Sequence record: MW735835.1
Length of the DNA: 64,000 nt
Reading direction: 5' to 3' (one strand)
The notes under the pieces are model-generated. The model was given only the letters and a program-made list of their open reading frames with translations, did not search any database and was not told where the DNA came from. Of this stretch, positions 47,157 through 56,572 are shown in pieces (positions within the stretch are counted from its first letter, which is position 1; every line of letters starts with the position of its first letter). The translations under genes and the position numbers were made by a program.

Positions 47157-47513
47157 GTGAGCAAATCTGAGGAACCGATTGTCGTCATCAAATGGCTACA
47201 CTCGTCCTCGGGCCGCAGTAAACGCAGCGAGATCGTCAACCAAGGATGCTTCGTGCTCGAGCACGAAGCTACCGGGCGCTTCTATCTGGGCCAGAGCGAC
47301 AACGTCAGCAAAGACGTCGATAAACAACTTTCCCAACTGGCAAACGGCAAGCACCCGAACAAGATCCTGAACGTCCTCTACGAGAAGGACAACGAGATCC
47401 GGGTGTTCGAATATCCACAGAAGGCAAAGAAGAAACGCGTAACCCTCATGCGTGAGCTGATTGAGAAGGCCGGCTACCTTTGCCTAAATCCAAGAGATGT
47501 CCGCAATGTATAA
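47157..47513 (+). CDS. degenerate GIY-YIG-like protein
   Basis: GCFVLEH..TGRFYLGQS.NV...L..GKHPNK.L..LY; lacks the first Tyr and the Arg. Confidence 0.6.
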   Translation: MSKSEEPIVVIKWLHSSSGRSKRSEIVNQGCFVLEHEATGRFYLGQSDNVSKDVDKQLSQLANGKHPNKILNVLYEKDNEIRVFEYPQKAKKKRVTLMRELIEKAGYLCLNPRDVRNV

Positions 47514-48012
47514 AGACCTGAAGCTTCCCAAGCTGGTGCAGCAGATTCTCCTGGTCACCCGTGACCACATTCTTTCTTCGTCCGCCAAGTGCCACATGTT
47601 GGTGCTGGCGACTCCCAAGTTCCTCAAGGACAATCCGCACCTGAAGCCGAGCGCGTTCGAACACGCGATCTTCGGCCCGGTCGTGGTCCTGAACATCACC
47701 CCGCAAGCGATCGGCCCGATCACCTTGGGTGATGACTTCATCAGCTTCGAAGCCCGCTACAGTGGTGCCCTGCTGACCAACTTCGTGACCATGGGTGACA
47801 TCGTTGGCTTGTATTCGCCAGAAGAAGGCTCGGTCATGATCGACGTCGGTGTGGTCAACCTCATCGGTGATACCGGCATGGGTGACGGCAGTGTCGGCAT
47901 GATTGCTGCCCGTCCGCTGAACAGCTACGAGCCGGCAGAATCCGAAGCCCAGGTCCAAACCCAACCCGTTCAACCGCCGCGTGAGCGCCCTAGCCTGAAG
48001 GTAGTCAAATGA
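47497..48012 (+). CDS. sspB: SspB-like ClpXP adaptor with intact ClpX-binding tail
   Basis: VVLNITPQAIGPITLGDDFISFEARYSG...IVGLYSPEEG; C-terminus PPRERPSLKVVK. Confidence 0.85.
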   Translation: MSAMYKDLKLPKLVQQILLVTRDHILSSSAKCHMLVLATPKFLKDNPHLKPSAFEHAIFGPVVVLNITPQAIGPITLGDDFISFEARYSGALLTNFVTMGDIVGLYSPEEGSVMIDVGVVNLIGDTGMGDGSVGMIAARPLNSYEPAESEAQVQTQPVQPPRERPSLKVVK

Positions 48013-48431
48013 GTCAGATAGCTCTGTTCGATGACGGCCGTAAAGAACCTGTCGAGTACGCTTTCGGCGTCCCGGTGCAGGTCTTAATCCCGGACTCCCA
48101 TGGCCTGACCCAGGCTGAGGTCGATGACCTGATGCCGTCGGCTGCCCTGCCGATCTTCACCACCTATCCGAAGCGCAACCTGCGTCCGGGTCTGGCGGAT
48201 TTCTATGCCAAGCTCAAGCCGGCTAAGATCGGCTACCTGCGGGCCTCAGGCTTCGTAAAAGGAAATGAAGGCTGGGTATTACATGGGAGAATCGAGTATG
48301 GGGACAATGTGCGCAGTGAACTGCTCACCGATCCCCGCCTGGTGGTTCTCAGTGTCGACATCGAACGTGGCGATCCTTCTAAGGGGCGAAAGGCTATTGG
48401 CCTGGACCGGATGATGGTAAGCCCGAAGTAA
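48009..48431 (+). CDS. hypothetical protein
   Basis: 140 aa, ATGA overlap. Confidence 0.7.
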   Translation: MSQIALFDDGRKEPVEYAFGVPVQVLIPDSHGLTQAEVDDLMPSAALPIFTTYPKRNLRPGLADFYAKLKPAKIGYLRASGFVKGNEGWVLHGRIEYGDNVRSELLTDPRLVVLSVDIERGDPSKGRKAIGLDRMMVSPK

Positions 48432-48440
48432 GGAGCCTCC

Positions 48441-50435
48441 ATGGACAACCGCATCGAAGCCCTGCGGGCAGAGATCAGTCGTCTGAACGATCTCTACTAC
48501 AACGAAGGGGATTCCGGCGTCGAAGATGCCGTGTACGATTCCCTGAAGAAGGAACTGCGGGAACTCGAAGGTGAAACCGACGACCCGCTGTCCCCTCTGA
48601 ACATCATCGGGGCTCCCGTCGCCGGGGGCTTCGATAAAGTCAAGCACCTGACCCCCATGCAGAGCCTGGGCAACGTGTATAACGAGACTGAACTCACCGA
48701 CTGGTGTGACAATCTCGAGTATCCGGCCTGCGCTCAGATGGAACTCAAGCATGACGGCCTGGCCATTGACCTGCTGTACGACAAGACTCACCTGAAGTAT
48801 GCCGCTACCCGCGGCGACGGTGAAGTCGGTGATGATATCACCGATAACGCCATTTACTTCGAGGGTGTGCCAGAGCAGCTGCGTGGTTTCAGCGGTAAAG
48901 TTGAAATCCGTGGTGAAGCTGTCATCCCGCACAAGCACTTCAAGCGTGTTTGTGAACTGCGTGAGTCGCTGGGCAAGAAAGTCTACGCCAACCCCCGCAA
49001 CATGGTGGCTGGACTGGCTCGCAAAAAGGAAGGAGCGGAGCTGCAAGGCATGGGCATCCGCTTCATCGCCTACGATGCAGTCATTCACACCGACGAAGGC
49101 CCGCTTTCGGTGCCGATGTCGTACTTCCAGCAGGATCTTCAGAGCCAGTTCTACATCTCTCTGCCGGTCTGGGAGGGTTTGACCAGCGATATCGTCAACA
49201 TCGTCGAAACAATCGACGACGTAGCCGAGACTCGTGAGACCCTAGGGCATGACATTGACGGCTTGGTACTGAAATTGATCAAGCCTGAAGACCGCAAAGC
49301 CCTCGGCAGCCGTTCTACCAGCCCGCGATGGGCCGTGGCGTACAAGTTCGAAGCCCAGACCACGACCTCAGTGCTGCAAAGCGTCGAATTGCAGGTCGGT
49401 CGTACCGGGGCCATCACCCCAGTGGCCAAGATCAAGCCCGTCAAGCTCTGCGGTGTGACCATCAGCAGCGTGACGCTTCACAATTTCGAAGAAATCGAGC
49501 GGTTGGACCTCCGTCTGCTCGACACGGTTGTCGTTTCCCGTCGTGGCGACGTCATCCCGAAGATCGAAAGCGTGATCACGGCTCTGCGTACTGACGAACA
49601 CGGCATCATCCCCATTCCCACGGAGTGTCCGTGCTGTGGGGCGCCGTTGAGCAAGAAGGAAGTGGGCAAAGAAGAAGGTGTGAAGCTGTACTGCACCAAC
49701 TCCGTCACCTGTCCTGCTCAGGTCATCAACAAAATGGCCTACTTTGTCAGCCGCGATGGCATCGACGTGAAGAACCTCGGCCCAGCCGCCGTCGAATCCT
49801 TGATTGTGTCGGGTTCGTTGGGGTCGTTCAGCTCGTTGTTCCACCTGACCGAGTCGGATTTCTACAACGCTGGCATCGGGGAAGCCATGACCGACAAGAT
49901 CATGGCCAGTATCGAACGCTGCAAGAAGCTGCCGTTCAAGAAAGTCCTGCGTGCTGTCGGTATCCCGGAAGTCGGCGACTCCACTGCTCGTGATTTGGCG
50001 TTGTTCTACTCGTCGTTCAAGGAGTTGTTCGAAGCCAAGGCTGAAGACATTGAACGAATCCCGGACATCGGCCCTGCGGTCTCTGCAAGCCTCGCTAAGG
50101 CGTTCGAATCCAATGGCGCCGATTACCTGGCCTTGGATAAGATCCTCACCTACGAGGCTGATACGGTCCTTAAAGCCGAGATTCAGGACCTCGCCGGCAA
50201 AACTGTGGTGGTGAGTGGCAGTGACTTCGATGGTAAGTCGCGCAAGGAGATGGAAGCCGACGTGATTTCGCGTGGTGCTAAGCTCTCCAAGTCCGTCAGC
50301 AAGAAAACCGACATCCTCTTCGCAGGTATTGGTGCTGGCCCAGACAAAGTCAAGACCGCCAAAGAGCTGGGGTTCGTCGTTGATGGCATCATGATGACCA
50401 ATCCCAATTCCCTCACTCGCATTCTTCCTCTGTAA
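48441..50435 (+). CDS. ligA: NAD+-dependent DNA ligase
   Basis: ELKHDG, ATRGDGEVGDDIT, EIRGE, NPRN, WAVAYKF, QVGRTG, CPCCG Zn finger, HhH, BRCT. Confidence 0.97.
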   Translation: MDNRIEALRAEISRLNDLYYNEGDSGVEDAVYDSLKKELRELEGETDDPLSPLNIIGAPVAGGFDKVKHLTPMQSLGNVYNETELTDWCDNLEYPACAQMELKHDGLAIDLLYDKTHLKYAATRGDGEVGDDITDNAIYFEGVPEQLRGFSGKVEIRGEAVIPHKHFKRVCELRESLGKKVYANPRNMVAGLARKKEGAELQGMGIRFIAYDAVIHTDEGPLSVPMSYFQQDLQSQFYISLPVWEGLTSDIVNIVETIDDVAETRETLGHDIDGLVLKLIKPEDRKALGSRSTSPRWAVAYKFEAQTTTSVLQSVELQVGRTGAITPVAKIKPVKLCGVTISSVTLHNFEEIERLDLRLLDTVVVSRRGDVIPKIESVITALRTDEHGIIPIPTECPCCGAPLSKKEVGKEEGVKLYCTNSVTCPAQVINKMAYFVSRDGIDVKNLGPAAVESLIVSGSLGSFSSLFHLTESDFYNAGIGEAMTDKIMASIERCKKLPFKKVLRAVGIPEVGDSTARDLALFYSSFKELFEAKAEDIERIPDIGPAVSASLAKAFESNGADYLALDKILTYEADTVLKAEIQDLAGKTVVVSGSDFDGKSRKEMEADVISRGAKLSKSVSKKTDILFAGIGAGPDKVKTAKELGFVVDGIMMTNPNSLTRILPL

Positions 50436-50448
50436 ACAGGAGTACTCA

Positions 50449-50913
50449 ATGAGCACCCAACAACTGATCATGTTCGACAAGCCGCTGACCATCGAGGAGG
50501 CCGTGCAAGCGGCCCCTGACCAAGCTCTGGCGCTTCCCTGGGGTGTCCAGTCCATGGTGGCCGACACGGTGCGTCACATGGTCCTGCTGGCGTCGTCCAT
50601 CAGCGAACACTACCGCTATGCCCTCGGCCTGTCCGGAGGCATCGCCCAGTACCTTTACGACCAACCGGCCGGTGCCATCACCAACCCGGATCTCTTCCTG
50701 CGCACCGCTCAGGTTGGTAGCCTGATCGGTCACTTCGATGGCTTGGAAACCCATGCCATCCAGGCCGAGATCCCCGAAGACGAACAGTGCATGATGCTGC
50801 TCGTCATCAACGACGACAAGCTGGTAGTCGGCTACCTGCTCACCAAGCTGCGCGAGTACGGCGACCACATCAACGTGAACAACGTCCTTCCTAAGACCAA
50901 GGCGGCTCAATAA
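50449..50913 (+). CDS. hypothetical protein
   Basis: 154 aa, AGGAG RBS. Confidence 0.75.
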   Translation: MSTQQLIMFDKPLTIEEAVQAAPDQALALPWGVQSMVADTVRHMVLLASSISEHYRYALGLSGGIAQYLYDQPAGAITNPDLFLRTAQVGSLIGHFDGLETHAIQAEIPEDEQCMMLLVINDDKLVVGYLLTKLREYGDHINVNNVLPKTKAAQ

Positions 50914-51474
50914 ATGGAAATCTTCAACAAGCTGGTCGACGCCCTGCGTGCTGCGCAGAATGACGACATTCAACTGACCCTGACCGGTAAAGCCGGCCAA
51001 GGCAACCTGACTGCGCGAGTGCACTACAAGCGCGACAACCTGCTGACCAAGATCCTGTACCGCCACGACCTGTCGCGCCTGGGCCCGAACAGCGAAGAGT
51101 TGGCCATGTATTGCGCCGGTCTCGAACGTCCGCAGCAGCACATGTGGACCAAGATCCCCGGCCGTCAAATGGTCGAGTTGGCACGTGTCACCGGTAGCCT
51201 GGGTGTGAACCCGGACATGTACCTGCCGGCCTGCTGCGACATCGGCGGCCTGGTGCTGAAGGGCTACGACGAGTTCCCGCACACCAGCGCGTACCTGCGC
51301 CAGTGGTCTGCCAAGGGCAAGGGCATCGGCCTCGAGCTGATCGTCCTGTACCGCAGCGAAGCCGAAGTCCACGTCTTCGAGTCGTCGATCAACTACTACA
51401 TCCAGCCGGACATGGACAAGTTGGTCGCCAGCCTGAAGAAGATCCACGAAGCCGGCGCTCTCAAGGTCGGCTAA
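50914..51474 (+). CDS. hypothetical protein
   Basis: 186 aa abutting the upstream stop. Confidence 0.75.
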   Translation: MEIFNKLVDALRAAQNDDIQLTLTGKAGQGNLTARVHYKRDNLLTKILYRHDLSRLGPNSEELAMYCAGLERPQQHMWTKIPGRQMVELARVTGSLGVNPDMYLPACCDIGGLVLKGYDEFPHTSAYLRQWSAKGKGIGLELIVLYRSEAEVHVFESSINYYIQPDMDKLVASLKKIHEAGALKVG

Positions 51475-51990
51475 ATGGTCAAGGTCTCGCTGATCTACGC
51501 CCAGAACGAGGACGGTGCCATCGGTTTGAAGGGTTCTCACCCGATGCCGTGGCACTTCCCGGAGGACATGCAGCGTTTCGCAGCCCTTACCAAAGGTAAG
51601 GCGATGGTCATGGGGTCGAGTACCTTCGACTCCCTGCCTCGTATCCTTCCGGGTCGCTTCCATTACGTGATGACCCGTAGCCAGGGTCTCCCGCGTCTGG
51701 GGCGCCTCGATCAAGTACAGTTTCTGAACAGCCTCGAGCAGGTGTTCGAGAAAGCCACCCTACACGCTGAAGAACTCTTCGTGATCGGCGGTGGTGACAT
51801 CTTGAACCAAGCCATGCATTGGGCTGACACCATTTATCGCACAGTCGTGCTCAACACTCCGCTTCGGGGTCGTGAGCTGGCCAAGGTCAAGAAGCCGGGT
51901 GAAGACCCGATCTGGAAACGCTTCAAGCTGACCGACACCCAGCGCATCGATGATCGTCTGATCTTCGAGACCTACGAACGCATCATCTAA
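51475..51990 (+). CDS. folA: dihydrofolate reductase
   Basis: LIYAQNEDGAIG, MPWHFPEDMQRF, VMGSSTFDSLP, LPGR, FVIGGG. Confidence 0.93.
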   Translation: MVKVSLIYAQNEDGAIGLKGSHPMPWHFPEDMQRFAALTKGKAMVMGSSTFDSLPRILPGRFHYVMTRSQGLPRLGRLDQVQFLNSLEQVFEKATLHAEELFVIGGGDILNQAMHWADTIYRTVVLNTPLRGRELAKVKKPGEDPIWKRFKLTDTQRIDDRLIFETYERII

Positions 51991-52000
51991 GGATTGCATC

Positions 52001-52345
52001 ATGAAGAAATGGCTTTTGGTTATGTTGTCTCTGTTGTGTACTTCTGCATTCGCTGAAGAGCAGCGCTTTGTAATGGAACCCGCTCATTGCAAGGTCCTGA
52101 GGCTTCATGCCCTAAAGGCCATCACGGGTAAGCAAACTGGGGTTGTGTACCCTCAGTATGTCCGTGAACGGGTGGAGGACTCCCAGTCACTCGTGGCAGG
52201 GGAACGGTTGATCTACATGGACATCCTTCCGTACTCGCTGGAAATGGCGTACGAGTACTACCACAACGACTTCAACGACAGCACCCCTTACGAGGAAGTG
52301 ATCTACGACAACTGCATGAAACGCGTCGGCGACGTCGCGCAATAA
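52001..52345 (+). CDS. secreted protein
   Basis: Signal peptide MKKWLLVMLSLLCTSAFA. Confidence 0.7.
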   Translation: MKKWLLVMLSLLCTSAFAEEQRFVMEPAHCKVLRLHALKAITGKQTGVVYPQYVRERVEDSQSLVAGERLIYMDILPYSLEMAYEYYHNDFNDSTPYEEVIYDNCMKRVGDVAQ

Positions 52346-52349
52346 TACC

Positions 52350-52380
52350 GGGAGGGCCTAGGCCCTCCCTTTTTATTTTG
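52350..52380 (+). terminator. intrinsic terminator
   Basis: GGGAGGGC/GCCCTCCC stem with T-run. Confidence 0.8.
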
Positions 52381-52429
52381 TCATCTTATGACTCTGTGTC
52401 GTTCATTTTTCTTTTAGGGAATAAATAAG

Positions 52430-53590
52430 ATGGCCTCTTCAAGTCAGTTGTCTGCAAAGTTTGCAGCGCTGTTGGTTGCCATTGCGGGTAAGATCAATGG
52501 AAAGCTGGATGCCGGAGCCAAGGCTGCGGACTCTGCACTCCTTGACGGTAAGAACATCACGCAGGTAGGGGCCGCAGCCATTGCAGCCAACCTGGGCGGT
52601 GTGAACGGCCGTAAAGGCGAGCTTCCATTCTTCACCCAAGATGGCGTCCCCATGGCTCTTGGCAGTGCTGAACTTTTGACGCAACTGCGAATGGCCAATG
52701 ATGACACCACCATCGCCAACCTCAAGAGCGCTTCGGTCTCGTTCTCCGAGATCTTCAACAAATGGAAGCGCATCAGCCACGGAAGCAACCTGGTGTTCCC
52801 GAACATCCCGGCTGAACTGGATGGCTGGTCTTACGACAGCGGCACCGATCGAATCTCCTCGACCATCAATAGCGTCAGCTTGATCGGTATCATCAGTACC
52901 GATCGGTTCGACAGCTACGAGTTCGAGACCATCATGAAGTCCACTGCGGCGGACGACGATGGTGTGGGCATGTGCCTGGCGTTCAAGACCATAGGCTCTC
53001 GCGAGTACACCCTTTCGGTGATGATCTCCGCAGGTGGGATCAGTCCAGCTGGTGGAGTGGTGAACGGGCAGTTGCCTCTCGTGATGGTGGCCGTCAACTA
53101 CGGACAAGGTGCGGCGAACGGTCAGGAAATCCTGGCAGTGCAGAACCTGGGTGTCCCTGCTCAGATGTGGAACAACGGTGCGGACTTCGCTGCTGGTGTA
53201 AGGGTTGTGGCAAAGCGCACAATCACCAACCAGCTCGAGATCACTTGTACCCGTGCCGACGGTTCGCCGTGGCCGACCCCGTTCTACTGGACCGGCGCAT
53301 TGCCGACCATCTTCCAGACCAAATGTCCGATCGGTTACCTGGCTATTTCTCAGCCAGGGGCGACTTGGCAGAACGTCAAGCTCCCCACCTCGAAAGCCGA
53401 TATCATCGACATGCGCGATCTGACCGTGTGGCGGTACTTGAACAACAACTGGGTGAACGCAGGTAAGGCGAACAACGCCGGCGTGCTGACTCCAGGGCGG
53501 CTGTACAAGAACAACATCGGAACGATGGGCTCGTACTACCTGGACTTCGAGGGTAACTTCATTACCCTCGGCGTACCGAACGTGCTGTAA
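52430..53590 (+). CDS. stand-alone tail fibre/lectin-like virion protein
   Basis: N-terminus KFAALLVAI..KLD shared with 36757; ConA/TSP-C-like STAADDDGVGMC; TATG at 52387. Confidence 0.65.
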   Translation: MASSSQLSAKFAALLVAIAGKINGKLDAGAKAADSALLDGKNITQVGAAAIAANLGGVNGRKGELPFFTQDGVPMALGSAELLTQLRMANDDTTIANLKSASVSFSEIFNKWKRISHGSNLVFPNIPAELDGWSYDSGTDRISSTINSVSLIGIISTDRFDSYEFETIMKSTAADDDGVGMCLAFKTIGSREYTLSVMISAGGISPAGGVVNGQLPLVMVAVNYGQGAANGQEILAVQNLGVPAQMWNNGADFAAGVRVVAKRTITNQLEITCTRADGSPWPTPFYWTGALPTIFQTKCPIGYLAISQPGATWQNVKLPTSKADIIDMRDLTVWRYLNNNWVNAGKANNAGVLTPGRLYKNNIGTMGSYYLDFEGNFITLGVPNVL

Positions 53591-53594
53591 TAGA

Positions 53595-53624
53595 GGGAGG
53601 GCTTCGGCCCTCCCCTTTTATGCG
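53595..53624 (+). terminator. hairpin with CTTTTATGCG tail
   Basis: GGGAGGGC-TTCG-GCCCTCCC. Confidence 0.75.
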
Positions 53625-53753
53625 CCAAATCGTATGAATCGGGCTTTTGACTCGATTGTTTCATGGCACTACATTATTCACACGGACAAGGTTATGCCAA
53701 CACCCTACCCAGTGAAAGAGAGCCGCAGTTGAGACCGTAAAGGAAAGACTCTC

Positions 53754-54236
53754 ATGTCGAAAGGCAAATACGTAATTCCGGTGATTTTGGGGCAACCGGG
53801 CAGCGAGCTTTATCTCGTGAAAGGGGACTTGCCTCCGCGACAAGGTATGGCACTCGTTCGTTTGACTGGTGAACGCCAGCTGAACGCCAAGGACGAGAAA
53901 GAACTGGACAAACTCATCGAGCGGATGGGGCCGCCGAAGAATCGTCCAGCACGTCTGACGGAACTCACCTTCCTGAACGACACTGTCATCACCCTCGTTG
54001 ACCAGCATGAGGCCACTCTCGTGCAAGGTTACATCAACAATACTCTGCCAGGTGCGTTCCGGGCTCCGGAATTGAACAACTGGTACATCTTCGAGCGCCA
54101 GGGTGATCTCACCCCGCTGAAGCTTGCTCGCTTCGCCATCAACCTGCTTGAGCGAAGTCAGCGCATGGAGCTTCTCGGAAACCTGTCGGGTAAGAGCGTG
54201 TCCTTCACGCACTACAAGTACGACAACTTCCGTTGA
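53754..54236 (+). CDS. hypothetical protein
   Basis: 160 aa, AAGGA RBS. Confidence 0.75.
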   Translation: MSKGKYVIPVILGQPGSELYLVKGDLPPRQGMALVRLTGERQLNAKDEKELDKLIERMGPPKNRPARLTELTFLNDTVITLVDQHEATLVQGYINNTLPGAFRAPELNNWYIFERQGDLTPLKLARFAINLLERSQRMELLGNLSGKSVSFTHYKYDNFR

Positions 54237-54242
54237 TCCTCA

Positions 54243-54273
54243 CGGCACTCCTTCGGGGGTGCCGTTTATGCCG
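54243..54273 (+). terminator. hairpin with TTTATGCCG tail
   Basis: CGGCACTCC-TTCG-GGGGTGCCG. Confidence 0.7.
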
Positions 54274-54328
54274 CATGTCAAAGAAAACGAACCCATCATC
54301 AAGTATGTCACCAAGAGAGTACTCATCA

Positions 54329-55429
54329 ATGTCGCAGCAAACTGAGCGGTACAACATCTTCTACCCGGCCATCTCGGTCGGTGATGTGCAAGCATCTTTC
54401 GGTGAAGGTCGCCGGATCGGTATCACCATGCAGGATGTGGCTGAGATCGTGAAAGTCACCGAGAACCTCAGTCAGGTCCCGGATGTGAGCGAGCTGCGCA
54501 TCGTTCAGCGCAACAACAAGCCCTGCGTCAAACTGGGCAAGGTCCTCGTCGGCGTTCTGATGTGGCCGCCGGTCGAAGAGCTGGCGAACTGGGAGCAGTG
54601 GGAAAACTCCTTCGTCATCGAAGCGCCGGCCTGGTTGAAAGAAATGGCCATGGCGCAGAAGATCGCCGAGAAAGGTGTGGTCACCGAAACGATGGCCTCG
54701 ATCTGGATCAAGGAGATGCGAGAGAAACTGGTAGCATTGAATCCCGATGATTCGACGCTCATCTATTTCGACTCCTTGAGCGAAATCGTACCCAACATCG
54801 ACAAGGTGGGTGATACCCACGTCGTTGTGCCGAACGCCGAGAACATGACTGAGGACATGATCGACGCGTCGCGTTCCCTGCTGCTTTATACCGACACCTT
54901 CAGCACTGCGAACATCCAGAGCATCCGTCGCAAGATTTCGTTGCGTCCCTGGACTGCCCGTCACCTGCCGAAGTGGTTCCTCGAGACCGACTGCCACCTG
55001 ACCAAGGCTGGTCGCGCTATGTTGGCGTACCACCTGACTCTAGCAGCCGCCATCGATCCGCCCGTGGAGGAAGAGAAATACTTCCACACCAAGGAACCCA
55101 AGCAGTTGACCGCCTACGGCGTAGAGCTGGTGCTGGATGCCAACGGTCGTCAGCTGGCTCTGACTCAGGCCTTCGAGTCCCTGTGGCTCAAGGTGGAAGA
55201 CGGTCAGATGTTCGATCTGCAAGTCAACCGTCATCAGCTGCCTGACGAGTGGAAGGGTTTCTTCCGCAAGCAGGCCGTTGAGATCAGCGGCGTCATCCGT
55301 AAAGGTGAAGGCGGCGTCATCGAACTGAAGAACCCCATAGTGCGTCTGGGTCTGAAGAACGAGTTCGCCGACATTGTCACCTACTCCATCAATCCTTCCG
55401 CGGACATCCCGCGTAACAAGAAGGTGTAA
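54329..55429 (+). CDS. conserved phiKZ-like hypothetical protein
   Basis: Start moved to ATG 54329; the track ORF runs through the hairpin. Confidence 0.75.
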   Translation: MSQQTERYNIFYPAISVGDVQASFGEGRRIGITMQDVAEIVKVTENLSQVPDVSELRIVQRNNKPCVKLGKVLVGVLMWPPVEELANWEQWENSFVIEAPAWLKEMAMAQKIAEKGVVTETMASIWIKEMREKLVALNPDDSTLIYFDSLSEIVPNIDKVGDTHVVVPNAENMTEDMIDASRSLLLYTDTFSTANIQSIRRKISLRPWTARHLPKWFLETDCHLTKAGRAMLAYHLTLAAAIDPPVEEEKYFHTKEPKQLTAYGVELVLDANGRQLALTQAFESLWLKVEDGQMFDLQVNRHQLPDEWKGFFRKQAVEISGVIRKGEGGVIELKNPIVRLGLKNEFADIVTYSINPSADIPRNKKV

Positions 55430-55431
55430 CC

Positions 55432-55890
55432 ATGGCTATCCACATGATGCTCGTGGCGTTCGGCACTAACGACCCTAGCACCGACAACGCTGCTCTGCTC
55501 AAGCACTGCGGTTGGAACCCGGAGACTGAAGGCCGGACTATCGACGGTGCTGTTCAACAGTACCAAGTCGATACCGAAGTGCCTGGCGTGAAGATCCGCA
55601 TCGTCTCGATCATGGACAGGCAGATCGCTGCTGAGAACGTGACGGTGGTCTTCGAGAACGCGTTCCCTGAGGAACTCTCTCACGAAGAGTACATGACCCG
55701 GATCGATAAGATCGAGGCCATCCTTCAGGAGTTCTATAAGCGCATCTCGCTGCCCGAGGACTTCAACACCACGTACTACAACCTCAATGGCGACACTGCT
55801 GTTGTTCTGCCAGGCATGGCCGGCAACCTGACTGCTGCACTCGCCTCCAGCCGTAAAGAAGATATCAAGGCCCAAAATGAAACTGAATGA
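55432..55890 (+). CDS. hypothetical protein
   Basis: 152 aa, AAGGT RBS. Confidence 0.75.
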   Translation: MAIHMMLVAFGTNDPSTDNAALLKHCGWNPETEGRTIDGAVQQYQVDTEVPGVKIRIVSIMDRQIAAENVTVVFENAFPEELSHEEYMTRIDKIEAILQEFYKRISLPEDFNTTYYNLNGDTAVVLPGMAGNLTAALASSRKEDIKAQNETE

Positions 55891-56140
55891 AGTCTTCATC
55901 GTCACCGCCATCGTTGGGATCATTGCCACCAGTGTGGGTTGGGCTGATCCCGATGGCGCCAAGCAATTGTTGGAATCCGAAGGGTTCACTGGCGTGCAGA
56001 TCAAAGGACGTACCTTCTTTGGCTGCGGCAAGACGGATATCTGGAGAACCGAGTTCAGTGCCAAGAACCCTCGCGAGATCCCGGTTCATGGGGTCATCTG
56101 CAAGAGCGTGACTGGCGAGGCCTACATCAGAAGGAAGTAA
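55877..56140 (+). CDS. small membrane-anchored phage protein
   Basis: TM then GFTGVQIKG..FFGCG..D...T.F...G.IC. Confidence 0.7.
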   Translation: MKLNEVFIVTAIVGIIATSVGWADPDGAKQLLESEGFTGVQIKGRTFFGCGKTDIWRTEFSAKNPREIPVHGVICKSVTGEAYIRRK

Positions 56141-56143
56141 GGC

Positions 56144-56572
56144 ATGCAACAGGTACGTGTAGGGGTCGGCGTTATCATCATGCGTGATAACAAGATCCTG
56201 ATGGGTAAGCGCAAGGGCAGTCATGGTGCGGGTTGCTATTCTGTCCCGGGCGGTCATCTGGAGTTCGGCGAGAACATCGGTGCCTGTGCCAAGCGTGAAG
56301 TTCTGGAAGAAACGGGGATCGTGCTTCTCGATCCCCTGGTCCAAGGTGGCTACACCAACGACATCTTCAGTGAAGAAGGCAAGCACTACGCCACGCTCTT
56401 TGTGGTGTCGCGCTTCAACGAGGGCGAAGCTCAGAACCTCGAGCCAGAGAAGTGTGATGGTTGGGCCTGGTACGACATGGCCGACCTTCCCCAGCCCTTG
56501 TTCTTGCCGTTCCAGAACTACATGGACAAGGTGCACGAGCATCTGTTCGGCCGTGAGAAACTGACCGCCTAA
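56144..56572 (+). CDS. Nudix hydrolase (MutT/NUDT15-like)
   Basis: GGHLEFGENIGACAKREVLEETG Nudix box. Confidence 0.92.
   Translation: MQQVRVGVGVIIMRDNKILMGKRKGSHGAGCYSVPGGHLEFGENIGACAKREVLEETGIVLLDPLVQGGYTNDIFSEEGKHYATLFVVSRFNEGEAQNLEPEKCDGWAWYDMADLPQPLFLPFQNYMDKVHEHLFGREKLTA

Noticed and set aside
50101-50112. GTTCGAATCC tRNA T-loop-like sequence
   Set aside because: Inside ligA coding sequence; no cloverleaf
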